Shown in pieces: positions 12,393-21,949 of a stretch of DNA of 64,000 nt. Below the pieces are notes generated by a model. It did not search any database. It was not told where the DNA came from and was given only the letters and a program-made list of their open reading frames with translations. Numbering within the stretch: the stretch's first letter is position 1; each line of letters starts with the position of its first letter. The stretch is from Eutreptiella sp. 'Long Island Sound 2002' (Eukaryota; Protista; Euglenida), in contig OZ038379.1 in the NCBI GenBank assembly GCA_964036045.1, forward strand, positions 20,150,001-20,214,000, in the 5' to 3' direction. Made by a program: the position numbers and the translations under genes.

Positions 12393-13940
12393 CTAATTGG
12401 AATGCCCCCAAAAATCGTTTCCTGTGGGGGATGCGAGGGAAAATCTAGGCGGTTGTTCTTCCAGCAGTTGTTCGGCCTTCAGTTCTTCAAGGCGCTCAAA
12501 GTATGCAGAGACAGTCTCACGAGCGTTGTAATCATCGCAGTAATCCGGGTATTCCGGAATCTTGCCATGCTCGGTGAGTTCTATGGCCTTTTCGTAATCT
12601 CGAATGCTCGCCTTCCAGTCACGGATGATGGAGTACAGCTCCCCACGAAAAGCGTACTGGCTGGCACGATCTGCGTTTGCAGTTGTGCCTGCCATCCACT
12701 CGGACACGTAAGTGATGGCCTCGTCAACGCGACCATCGTTTACCAATGCAGATGCTTTGAACTGCACAGGTTTCAGGTCGTTGGGGTAGATCCGATGGGC
12801 TTGCTCGATGTCGTCCACGTCTACGTCGCCGAAACAGACAGCGCGGTCGCAATAAGCGTCGGATTGGACCTTCGGATCTGTTGCAGTTTCAATGATGGTG
12901 GTGTAGTCCTTGTGCGCGGCGTGGGAATCTCCCAGGTGCTCATTTACAATGGCACGGATCCTCAAAGCCAAGGGGTAGTGAGGGCAGATAAGCAACGAGG
13001 CTGTCAGATCCTCCAAGGCTTCTTCCATCTTGTTGCTGTGGTACCAACAATCAGCCCGGTTCGCCAGTGCCACAAACGCACGAGTGTAATTGAGTCGGAG
13101 GGCAGCTGCATAACAATCGATGGCCTTGGCAAATTCTCGAAGCCCTTGATAACAAAACCCGAGCTCAAAGTGAATCGTGGCATCGTTTGGCTCCAAGCGA
13201 AGGGCTTCCTCAAGGAGCTCGCTGGCATGGCGGTCATCACCGTAGGTGTACAGGATGCAAGCTTGCAACTTGAGACTCTCCACACGAGATGGTCGTTGCT
13301 GCAAGGCACGATCCATGGTGCGAATGGCACCTTCGCAGTCACTGAGGATGAGAAAGGCCTTTGCCGCCCAGTAATATGCCTTAATCATCCTCGGAAAGAC
13401 GGCGATGGCAGTCTGGAATTTGTCGAGGCTTTCCCAAGGAGAATTGGTGGTAGCCATACGGAGCAACCCTTCGTGCACATATTGCTCAGCCCTCTTCTCC
13501 GTCTCCTCCACAGCAAAGCGGGCCACTGCGGCCCAACTGCTGCACACGGTGGCAGCCTCCGAGAGGGAACGGAGAGGAACAAAGGAGAAGACGTCGCCGA
13601 ATACGTGAAATGGGAGTCCCATTATCACAGACTTTGGGTGTTCGACAACCTGGACTACCTGCGTGCCCGGTGCAGTTTTGAGAGTTTCCAAAGGTGGTGC
13701 TGGGGCTGCTGACGTCTTTAGACATTGCTGAACCACAGCTTGAAGTTGGAGCAACGACCATTCCGCCTCCAAGTCTTCATCCAAATCAACCGTACACTGG
13801 GCAACAAGGCTCTCATGTGCATGTGCACAGAAGAGCCTGTCCTCTTGCGGCATGAAGATATCAACTGTACTTGCAGTCATCACTAAAAAATATGCGAAGG
13901 TCTGTTGCATGTAAGTGGTTGCATGCAAGGTGGATTTCAT
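12393..13940 (-). CDS. Intronless F-box + tetratricopeptide-repeat (TPR) protein, 515 aa (true start may be Met21 at 13880)
   Basis: 1548-bp uninterrupted ORF. The F-box-like segment MGLPFHVFGDVFSFVPLRSLSEAATVCSSWAAVAR is at aa 107-141. It is followed by multiple TPR-like helical pairs, e.g. ATIHFELGFCYQGLREFAKAIDCYAAALRLNY and YAFRGELYSIIRDWKASIRDYEKAIEL. Confidence 0.88.
   Translation of the reverse strand: MKSTLHATTYMQQTFAYFLVMTASTVDIFMPQEDRLFCAHAHESLVAQCTVDLDEDLEAEWSLLQLQAVVQQCLKTSAAPAPPLETLKTAPGTQVVQVVEHPKSVIMGLPFHVFGDVFSFVPLRSLSEAATVCSSWAAVARFAVEETEKRAEQYVHEGLLRMATTNSPWESLDKFQTAIAVFPRMIKAYYWAAKAFLILSDCEGAIRTMDRALQQRPSRVESLKLQACILYTYGDDRHASELLEEALRLEPNDATIHFELGFCYQGLREFAKAIDCYAAALRLNYTRAFVALANRADCWYHSNKMEEALEDLTASLLICPHYPLALRIRAIVNEHLGDSHAAHKDYTTIIETATDPKVQSDAYCDRAVCFGDVDVDDIEQAHRIYPNDLKPVQFKASALVNDGRVDEAITYVSEWMAGTTANADRASQYAFRGELYSIIRDWKASIRDYEKAIELTEHGKIPEYPDYCDDYNARETVSAYFERLEELKAEQLLEEQPPRFSLASPTGNDFWGHSN
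13881..13896 (-). promoter_or_regulatory. Candidate 3' splice or trans-splice acceptor just upstream of Met21 of the F-box/TPR ORF
   Basis: Minus strand reads gcatattttttAG|tgATG: a T tract, then AG, then ATG two bases later. Confidence 0.35.
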
Positions 13941-14245
13941 TTTGAGTGACCCTCAAGAGTGAACCAATCATTGACCGATCATAGACTCGAGCACAAGTCC
14001 TGTGAAGTGTGTTTCATGTCATTGTATGTAGTGTGACACATAAATGCAACCAGCCAAACAAGACGGTGTGTGCGGCATATATTTGCAGTGCCAGTGCAGT
14101 GCAGCTTCTCCTTCGATCAAAACTCACAACAACTGTTCGATCAGTGGTCGTTGTACGCTCCCGACGAGGGCGTACCCCTGTACCAGATCGCTGCTCCAAT
14201 TGCATGCCCGGCCAGTGGGGCCGGTTTTAGAGGGCGGGCGGGTGG

Positions 14246-14395
14246 GCGTCTGTAGACATCTGTACAACTGACTGGGGCCCTCACAAAAGAAAAGGACTGC
14301 AGATGTAGGAACAGCAGTCCAAGTGTAACAGTTTGCATCTCTCTTTTCCCCACCCCACCCTGTGCACAGAACCTTCATTCCTTCGGAACATCAGT
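14246..14395 (+). repeat. 150-bp terminal direct repeat (3' copy of the YR element)
   Basis: gcgtctgtagacatctgtacaactgactgg...ggaacatcagt; about 10 mismatches versus 19297-19446, no indels. Confidence 0.92.
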
Positions 14396-15059
14396 TCCGT
14401 CGGCCGGGGCGGGCAAAAAGGAGCTCAAGAGTGCACAGGCAGGCAACAACGTTGTATAGGTATGGAATTGCTGCTGGAGTGACTGCAACAAGTCTGCTTC
14501 TTCGAGCAAAACTCACAAAACCGCGAGCGCATGCGAGCCAATATGGAGCGACGCGGAAAATCTACCTTGCCGCGAGAGAACCGAAGGCAGGGCAGGACAG
14601 TGCTGCGCTCATAGCAGTCGGCACCCAGCGAGCATCCGTAGCCTGCCTGTGGCCTTGGGCGGAGGGAGAGGGTGCTGCCGGCCGAGGGCCCTGACTGGCA
14701 GGCCATCATATCACCCTAACAAATTGCTGCGGCCTGCAGCTGGACAGAGCCCAACCGAGGAGGGAACGTGTGTGTGCGTGTGTAGGCCAGCGCTGCACGG
14801 CCACAGGGATCGGCGCCGCGGTCGCGTCACCCCTCCACCTAGGCCGAGGTTGGGCCCACAAGGGCCACGTGCGTATAAACACACCCCATCCCGCCCCGGC
14901 CAGCCAGAGCTTCGGAGGCGGCGGTCCCCCGGGCTGTCCCCCGCTGCCGTCGCGCAACGGACCTTGCGCAACAGTCATGAGCGGGCACAAGGAAAGACGC
15001 TGGGGAGCGGTGCAGATGTGTAAAGCGCGTCAAAAGGCGCCTGTGAGTTCCCCGAAGCG

Positions 15060-15430
15060 GAGCGCCGTCGCTCGGCCTCGGCTGTGGCGTCACTCCATGA
15101 CGCCCCGCGAAAACATCTACTCAAGGGGTCCACGGGATTACAAGCGGACGGCACCCGAAATGTGGACACCTGCAGATTGCTCCAGGCCTTCAACCAGAAA
15201 ATGCGGCGGAGGATACGGTGCTGTACAACTGAATCTGGCGCTGCCCACATCCTGGTAGCGTGGATGCGGGAGGCGTCGTTATCGATTCCCACGGCAATTG
15301 AGTGGAGGCGGTTCCCTGCTGCCACTTTCATCGCTGCGTAGGCAGTATAGAGCTCCGCCTACCGAAGGGAAGACACCCACTTGGGGCATCGGTATGAACA
15401 ATATATACCCGGGGCCCCCACGTCCCCTGC
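15060..15430 (-). pseudogene. RNase H domain of the YR retroelement
   Basis: One frame reads TLFSDAA..R*AELYTAYAAM..VGIDN..FRVPSACNPVDPLSR, giving the D-E-D-D catalytic layout typical of DIRS-group RNase H. It has one internal TAG at an expected Gln. Confidence 0.8.
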
Positions 15431-15682
15431 CCGGAACCCATTGCCATCCAAGGCCGCGTCGCTGAAAAGAGTAAACGTGCGCTTGCATGAGCCTGTGGCG
15501 CGGTGAAGGGTGTGCTGGAAAGCCCAACATGAGAGCCGTACCCGTAGACGTTACCAGCGCGCGTGTGAACCAGTGTGATCCCGCGCACATACTTATATGA
15601 CCTTGCGAGGAAAGGTGCCCGTCCCGCCAGCGGCCTGAGCACCCATTGTAGCCCTACGTGCCATTTGCCTGGGGCAGATCCG

Positions 15683-17428
15683 TCAGCGGCCCAGCGCGTG
15701 AACCCACAGCCGTGTGGCCGCCGTCATCATTTCCATCGTGTTGGAGATGGACCGGGTGATAGAGTTCGGTCGCTTTCCGATGAAAGTGATGTCGGTGGTG
15801 GGCTCCATTTCGGATTTGGGGCTTATGATATATCCTGCTGCTCGCAGAGCCTGCGCCGCCGCCTGAATAGCCTTTGCTGCCACCCTCTGCGAGCGCGCCG
15901 TGATCAGGACATCGTCGAGGTAGACATGCCAGGTGGCGGAGTACCCACGCAGCGCGGACGAGACAATGCCCTGTACTAGGCGTTGGCATATGACTGGAGA
16001 ATACTTCCAGCCAAATGGCAGGGTGGGAATCCGCCAGCGTTGCCGCCCCGCTCGCATGACAAATGTCCTTCTCCAACTCCGTGGTAGCCGTATGCTCCAG
16101 GAAGCATTGCTGAGATCGAGCTTGCACATCCAGAGTTTCCCCGGCACCTTTGTGGCGAAGATGTCCCGTATTTGAGTTAGCGCAGGCAGCCGCGCCTTCG
16201 GCTGAGGGCGTGGGTCCAGTGCGTTTATTGTAGTGGCATTCAGCAGGCACCTGCATTTTGAGCTGGACTTGGGACGCAGGAAGGCGGAAGCCATGGGCGG
16301 TGCTGACGTGGGCTTTACCCCTTTGGCGACCATGTGGATTGACTGGAACATGCAAAGCAGTTGCGGGGACCCCCATTTATGGCGACGCAACCCTGGCTGC
16401 GCGCGGGGCACCACGGCCCGATAGATAGCCCTCAGCCTGCGTGGTACACAACGGCGCCACAGAGACTTGGCGAAGCTCACTTTGCCCGCAGGTGCAAGCC
16501 CCGCCGCTGCTAGGGCCTGTGGAATGTGCAAGACCGAAGGTTTGCGGGGCCTGGGCGTCGGCTCGTCGTAGAGCATGCCATCGTCCACGTCGAGTCCTTC
16601 GTTGGCCAGAGCTCGCAGCACCTTTACAAATTCTGCTTGGGCTGCATCTCCGCCACGAACGTTCCCAAGAGAGTCGAAGATGTCCATGAGGGCACTTTCG
16701 ACCATGGCGCAGCGCCCCCGTCGCACTCCGCGGAGCTGAGATACCAATATGCACGCTGTGTGGGCGCATTCGTGCAGCCGCTTCCCATCAGGCCCTGCGC
16801 GGGCGCTTGTCGCCAACCGCGTCCCAGGCCTCTTCAAGCCTGTTAGGTCCTGTAGAGCGCGTCCCTCTCGCCTGTCGCGGCAGTGACTGCCCCTGCGGGA
16901 TCTCGCAGCGCAGCCAAGGCGCCTAGAACTAGAGGGTGGTGCCAGGACAGCCTGTCCAGCCGAGCTCCCGTGCCTCTGGGTCCAGCGGCGTGACGAGCGG
17001 CCCACCAGGATGGAATTCCCTGTTGCCTTGGGGTCAGGCGTAGACCCTGAGCATCTGCAGCGAGGCCTAGCTGCCCTAGAGGAGAATTGCAGGTGTGGAC
17101 GCCCCCAACATACGGAGTTTGCCGGCACCATACAGTCGCCACGCGTGCCACCGGAGGAGCACACACCCTCATCCCGGTCGACCGATGATGCTGCGCACCT
17201 AGGAGTGCAGAATTGCGCGGGTGCTGGCCTAGGCAGCCCTATCGGGGTGGTACCTGTTGTGTGCACGTAGAGCGCGGAGGAATGTCCCCCACCGCACGCC
17301 CTAGGTACTCGCCATTTCTGAGCAGTCTCCTGCGCGGCCTTTCGCACCGTTCCAGTAAAAGGAGCCGTCCCGAAAGCTGAGTGTGACCGCCTCCTATGTG
17401 CGCAGCCCCAGGCAGATGTTGATGGCAC
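15683..17428 (-). CDS. Reverse transcriptase ORF of the YR retroelement (RT core about 15700-16400; N-terminal part overlaps the YR frame)
   Basis: Motifs CRCLLNA, CKLDLSNA.WSI, LPFGWKYSP, HVYLDDVLI and GYIISPKS..P..ITFIG are DIRS/VIPER-type RT motifs. Confidence 0.9.
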   Translation of the reverse strand: MPSTSAWGCAHRRRSHSAFGTAPFTGTVRKAAQETAQKWRVPRACGGGHSSALYVHTTGTTPIGLPRPAPAQFCTPRCAASSVDRDEGVCSSGGTRGDCMVPANSVCWGRPHLQFSSRAARPRCRCSGSTPDPKATGNSILVGRSSRRWTQRHGSSAGQAVLAPPSSSRRLGCAARSRRGSHCRDRREGRALQDLTGLKRPGTRLATSARAGPDGKRLHECAHTACILVSQLRGVRRGRCAMVESALMDIFDSLGNVRGGDAAQAEFVKVLRALANEGLDVDDGMLYDEPTPRPRKPSVLHIPQALAAAGLAPAGKVSFAKSLWRRCVPRRLRAIYRAVVPRAQPGLRRHKWGSPQLLCMFQSIHMVAKGVKPTSAPPMASAFLRPKSSSKCRCLLNATTINALDPRPQPKARLPALTQIRDIFATKVPGKLWMCKLDLSNASWSIRLPRSWRRTFVMRAGRQRWRIPTLPFGWKYSPVICQRLVQGIVSSALRGYSATWHVYLDDVLITARSQRVAAKAIQAAAQALRAAGYIISPKSEMEPTTDITFIGKRPNSITRSISNTMEMMTAATRLWVHALGR

Positions 17429-17780
17429 CCACCACTACGAGCTCCCACTCTTGTGGAGATGAGCAAAGTTTGCAGAAGGCCCGGAGGGTCTCCATTGAAG
17501 CCCAAAACTTGTGCGTTGCCGCAGGCACGGCTGCATGGAACGCGGAGATCGCCTCGACGAATTTCCAGTCCATCGGGACGACCAGCCTTTCAATCCAGCC
17601 AAATTTCTCAAGCACCCGGACAGCGGACAGGAGTTTCTTCGGGCCTACCTCCGACATGGAGTTGCGCGCGAAGTTGAGCATGTGGTCTTGCAGTGAGGTT
17701 CTCGCTGACGCTCCCGGCTGCTTCTCGAGGGTGCTCGCAAATCGGTCCAGTGTTGCTGCATACCCGTGTCATGTGTCTTT
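17045..17780 (-). pseudogene. Tyrosine recombinase domain (stop-riddled)
   Basis: One frame reads HGYAATLDRF..CLGLRT*EA..LRWHAWRLYGAGKLRMLGASTPAILL*GS*ASLQMLRVYA, which contains R, HxxR, (W) and Y catalytic positions. There are six in-frame TAG codons between about 17060 and 17395. Confidence 0.75.
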
Positions 17781-18174
17781 GGAGAGTCCTCGTACTGCCG
17801 TTGCGTCGTATGTGGCGGCGTATTCCTCACTGGATGCCCGTTGGAAACGACGTATGGCCTGCACGAGAGTGATCGCGTCGGCACATCAGATGGTGACCGC
17901 CAATCTTGGATCAATGAGAGCAGCAGTGGATGCCGAAGCCCCTACTGTGTCATCTGCAGGTTGATAGCCGGGCGCAATGTCGGCGGCAGATGGCGAATCG
18001 GGGCCGGTGCTGGTGGGGGGGGGGGGGGGGGCTGTGGGCTTGGGGAGGGCCGCATTGCAGGCGCCTGTGGATGCTAGCCCTCCATGCCCCGCGTCCCATC
18101 ATCGCTTGCGGGCAAACTGCCCTTTACAACCATGAGCGCCTCCTTGCCAATACCAGTGTGGATGTCCACAAACT

Positions 18175-19294
18175 TTACATGGCGTCTTGGGTGGCCTCGA
18201 GCAGTTGATAAGATCTCCCGTGTTGCGCGGCCTGAAATGGGGTTCTCCCTTTATCCAAAGGAAGGCTGGTGCTCTTGCGGAGTTGACTCAAACGTCTTTT
18301 GGTACTCCCCGGCAGGCACAGCGGCTGGGGCCTTGGTACTGCGTGCGCGGCCGTCATCGAGGATCCCGAGGAGCTGAACGAAGAGGAGGATGACGTGTCT
18401 GTGGAGGAGCACGAGCGGCGCCCGCCACTGGCTCGCTTTCCTTTCTGCGCCCGCTTTTTGGCCATGTGGGTGTTCTCCTTGTGCTTTTCTTTGGCCTGCA
18501 GGTGTTTGTCCTTCAGCACTGCTTGTGCTCCCTCTTTAGCTTTCAAGATCGTCCCAGACGTCTTGTGCCGCATCCAACAACCCCACACCCGCCGAGTCCA
18601 TGGAGACGTCCATGCCATCTGGCCTTCTATCAATTTGCCCAGACGTATGGCCCACTTCGATGCTCCTGCTTGTTTTCTCACGGCGTGCACATGTGCTTTT
18701 GTGGGTGCGTACTTGTGCGGCAGCACTGGATTGGCCTGGTTTGTTTGTACTCCGCCCGCGAACCCGCTGCCCGCCAGCCTGTCCCCCGATGGAGATGTGA
18801 CTCTGTGAGCGAATTCACGTTGATGCTCCGAACGCTGCATGAGCTCAATGAAAGAGAAAGCGGCCTGGGCTTGTTTTGGAACCAGATCAAAGCTAGCGAC
18901 GTCGATGTCCCATCGTACAGCCAGGGCGAATAGAAATACATCCCGATAGTAGGTGAAAGATGAGTTGACGATGGGCAAGCCGAGTTCCCGGTGGAACAGC
19001 ACCGCACACCTCGTAGTATTCAGCCCCTCAGATTGCTGCCAGAACGCATATCCGCGGTCAAGCACGGCGTTGCGGCTGTCGACCAGTATGTCATTTGCAA
19101 ACTGCGGCGATGCCAGGAATTACGACCAGGCCCCGTCCAGCATGTGTCGGTCTTCGGCCATAAGCTTCTCCCTTTTTCTTCTTCCTTTTTTCGATTGTGT
19201 CGGCCTTGGGGCTGCTACGGTGGGTGATGCCGTGCACGACTGTCCACTCTCGAGTTACTGGTGTGATTCGCGGGTGACTGCTGGTGTCGGCCAT
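18175..19294 (-). pseudogene. ORF1 (gag-like position) of the YR retroelement, no recognisable domain
   Basis: The ATG at 19294 lies immediately inside the 5' repeat. One frameshift in an A-run and one TAA link it to the 296-aa ORF 18175-19065. Assigned by position only. Confidence 0.5.
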
Positions 19295-19296
19295 CA

Positions 19297-19446
19297 GCGT
19301 CTGTAGACATCTGTACAACTGACTGGTGCGCTCACAAAAGAAAAGGACCGCAGATGTAGGAACAACAGTCCAAGTGTAACAGTTTGCATCTCTCTTTCCC
19401 CCACCCCGCCATGTGCACGGAACCTTCGTTCCTTGGGAACATCAGT
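19297..19446 (+). repeat. 150-bp terminal direct repeat (5' copy of the YR element)
   Basis: Direct copy of 14246-14395. Confidence 0.92.
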
Positions 19447-19772
19447 GCAGTCACCATCATGCAACCCCTTGAGTGAATGTTTTTTTTGTGGTTGTACCAT
19501 AGTGAAACAATCAATATGTTGTCACCGAAATTTACGCTTCAGGTCCACACATACGAGACCACTACAACCTTTGTACAGCTGCTTTGAGCAAGCATTACCT
19601 TTTGGCCAGGCGTGTCCAGGAGGAAGTTTCTAAAACAGATTCTTCATGGCAGAGTCTTCCTTCTCCTCATTGATTTGGGGGGAACTCATTGGATGGCTTG
19701 TGGGTGCAAAAATTGCACGTATTTCTTTCTATTTGTTTATCTCGGTGTTGAGCATGGTTTGTTGAATTACGC

Positions 19773-20185
19773 AACCCCTACCTTCTCGGGGGTCCCCATT
19801 GCTTGCCACAGGGAGAAAATCAGAAATGGGTTGGATCTGGGCAAGATGGCTTCATAGGCCCTGCCTTCTCGGGGGTCCCGATTGCTCAGCACGGGGGAAA
19901 TCAGAAGTGCAGCTTAACCCCTGCTCGGCGGCCCAAATCTGGCCAAGAAGGCTACATAACCCCTGCTTTCTGGGGTCCCTGATGCGAAGCACGGGGAGAA
20001 AATCACAAATGGGCCGGATATGAGCAACATGGCTACATAACGCCTACCTTCTCGGGCTCCCCATTGCTCAGCATGGGGGGGAAATCAGAATTGGCTGTGT
20101 AATCCCTAGATTCTAGGGGCCCAAATTTGGGCAAGGCGGCTTAGTAACCCCTTCCGTCTCAGGGGTTCCCAATGCTCAGCACAGG
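19773..20185 (+). repeat. Degenerate tandem array with alternating about 82-bp and about 105-bp units
   Basis: The core cc(t/g)tctc(g/a)ggg..ccc.attgctcagcacggggagaaaatca recurs at 19781, 19864, 19966, 20047 and 20154 (spacings 83, 102, 81, 107). Confidence 0.8.
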
Positions 20186-20409
20186 GAGAAAAACATTTCG
20201 TGATGGTTTGCGGTTTGTTGTAGACACCAGATCGAATTCGCGCCTCCGTCCCATTGGGCCGTGAGGCATGTGCATGCCTCACCTTGGAGGCCTGCACTAT
20301 GGGTGAAGGCCTGCACCCACACTCATTGATGTATGTGAGTCATTCATTGGTGAATCACAAGTTCCACTGAGCTGTGCAGTTGTGGCGTCCGCTGTTTCTA
20401 TGGGGGAAG

Positions 20410-20575
20410 GGGGGCGCACGCACAAAAAACCATTGTTTCTAGGGGGGGGGGGGGGCACGCGCAAAAAACCACTGGTTCTAGGTGGGGGGGGGGGGCACGC
20501 ATGTGCAAAAACCCGCTATTTGTACGGGGGGCGCGAATAGGCAAAAAAACGCTAGTTCGGGGGAGGGTTGTTTGT
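20410..20575 (+). repeat. About 38-40-bp tandem repeat built on G-runs (GnCACGC..CAAAAAACC..)
   Basis: Four to five visible units. Confidence 0.7.
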
Positions 20576-20794
20576 GGCATGTTTGTTTTTTTCTGTGTCT
20601 GTAGGCCCACCTGTAGTGTGGGCAGAAGTGGCGGTGTTGCCGTGTGGGACGGCAATATTGAACAGCCGCCGTGCTAAGGGACACGAGACGGCCCACGTGG
20701 CCAAGTAGTGGCCCACCCGGTCATCCTTCAGGGTCTAGGAGCCCCACTCAAGTCCCGAAGTGCCTTAGATAGTAGGGAGGGATCCTCTTCGCTT

Positions 20795-21349
20795 GAGGAT
20801 GCTGCGAGAGGGGTAGTGGAGGGATGTATCATTAGGATGAAGCGTCAAAAATCTAAGCCTAAGATAGGGGACATGCAACAATGCACCAGGGGCAATAGCA
20901 AGCATGCACGGCGGGGCAACAAACAAAATGGCACTTCTTGGTTTAGCTTTTCTCGTTCTAATCTTGGTTTAGTCTAGGCTAGAACGCCCAGACGATGTCG
21001 TTCTAGGCGAGAACGAAACTGGGTTTTCTAGCATGTACCTAGGATCCCACTGCAGTTCGCGTAGAAGCCATTGGTAGAGGTATGTTGCCACAAGGTCAAC
21101 CCCTAGTACCGCCTAGCGAGCTTACAAATTTGGGGACAAGAGTGCATGTGCTGCCTTTGGCCGCCAAGGTGAGTCCCCTGCGAAGTGCGGGAGGTTATCC
21201 AGGCGCAAAGTCCGGGTCCGGTTGTGGGTTGGCTACCCTAAACGGTGCAATGAACCATGTCTTCACGGCGGAGTTGCCTCGGACTGCCGTTCTTCGGAAC
21301 CGGCGAAGGTCGCATTGGGCCTGTTGCATACCGGATCTGACCTTATGGT
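20795..21349 (+). repeat. 555-bp direct repeat, copy 1
   Basis: About 99% identical to 25179-25733 (offset 4384; four substitutions seen). No TG..CA ends and no TSD. Confidence 0.93.
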
Positions 21350-21949
21350 TTGGCTCGTTCCCTGGACTTCGCTCCCTCAAGACACGGGCACAGTATAAGT
21401 CAAACAACCATCTGACGGGCGGGGGCGCGCGGCCCCGGTGTGCGGATGCATTGTAAGTAGATCGGTTTGGGATGGCGCGGGTTCGGGGGTGGGTGGGTGG
21501 GAAGTAAAATATAATGCACACTGTGGAAAAGAGAGGCAGTGACGCCAAACTGGGGTTTCTTGGGGAACCCTAGGTATGGTTCTCTAGACTTCGCCCCCTC
21601 AAGACGCGGGCACATTATAAGTCCAACAACCATCTGACGGGCGGGAGCGCATGGCCCCGCCCTATCACACCCTGTCACCACCGGCCGCACGCATCGGGCG
21701 GCAGAGCCGCAGCTGTGTCGCTGGAACTATTAGGAGCTACCAAAGGGGGCGGGATAAATGTCCACAAGCAGGGTTTCGGTGCGCTGGGGGTGGCATTCCA
21801 CACCTGTGGTGTGTGGGACAGGGTAGAGGAGCCACAAGTGGGCCAACCTGCCAAAGGTTGGAGACAAGATAGTAACAGGCGCGCAACCTTCACCGCCGCG
21901 TTGTGATAGAATAGTTTCACACAAGTGCAGGGGGGTAAAGAGACTGGTA

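Larger units (their letters stand above)
14246..19446 (-). mobile_element. Tyrosine-recombinase retrotransposon, order ORF1(gag?)-YR-RT-RNase H (VIPER/TATE-like), 5.2 kb, with terminal direct repeats; decayed
   Basis: RT, RNase H and YR motifs are present (listed as separate features). The element is bounded by two 150-bp direct repeats about 93% identical, and no TSD is visible. Confidence 0.85.

Noticed and set aside
12216-13712. 498-aa plus-strand ORF
   Set aside because: It is the antisense shadow of the F-box/TPR CDS, has no recognisable motifs, and long antisense frames are common opposite GC-balanced coding sequence.
16840-17428. N-terminal part of the 581-aa ORF as a separate protein domain
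   Set aside because: It is the alternative frame over the stop-interrupted YR and has no motifs of its own.
19773-20575. CRISPR-like array
   Set aside because: Units are degenerate along their whole length, there are no constant repeats with unique equal-length spacers, no cas genes, and the context is eukaryotic.
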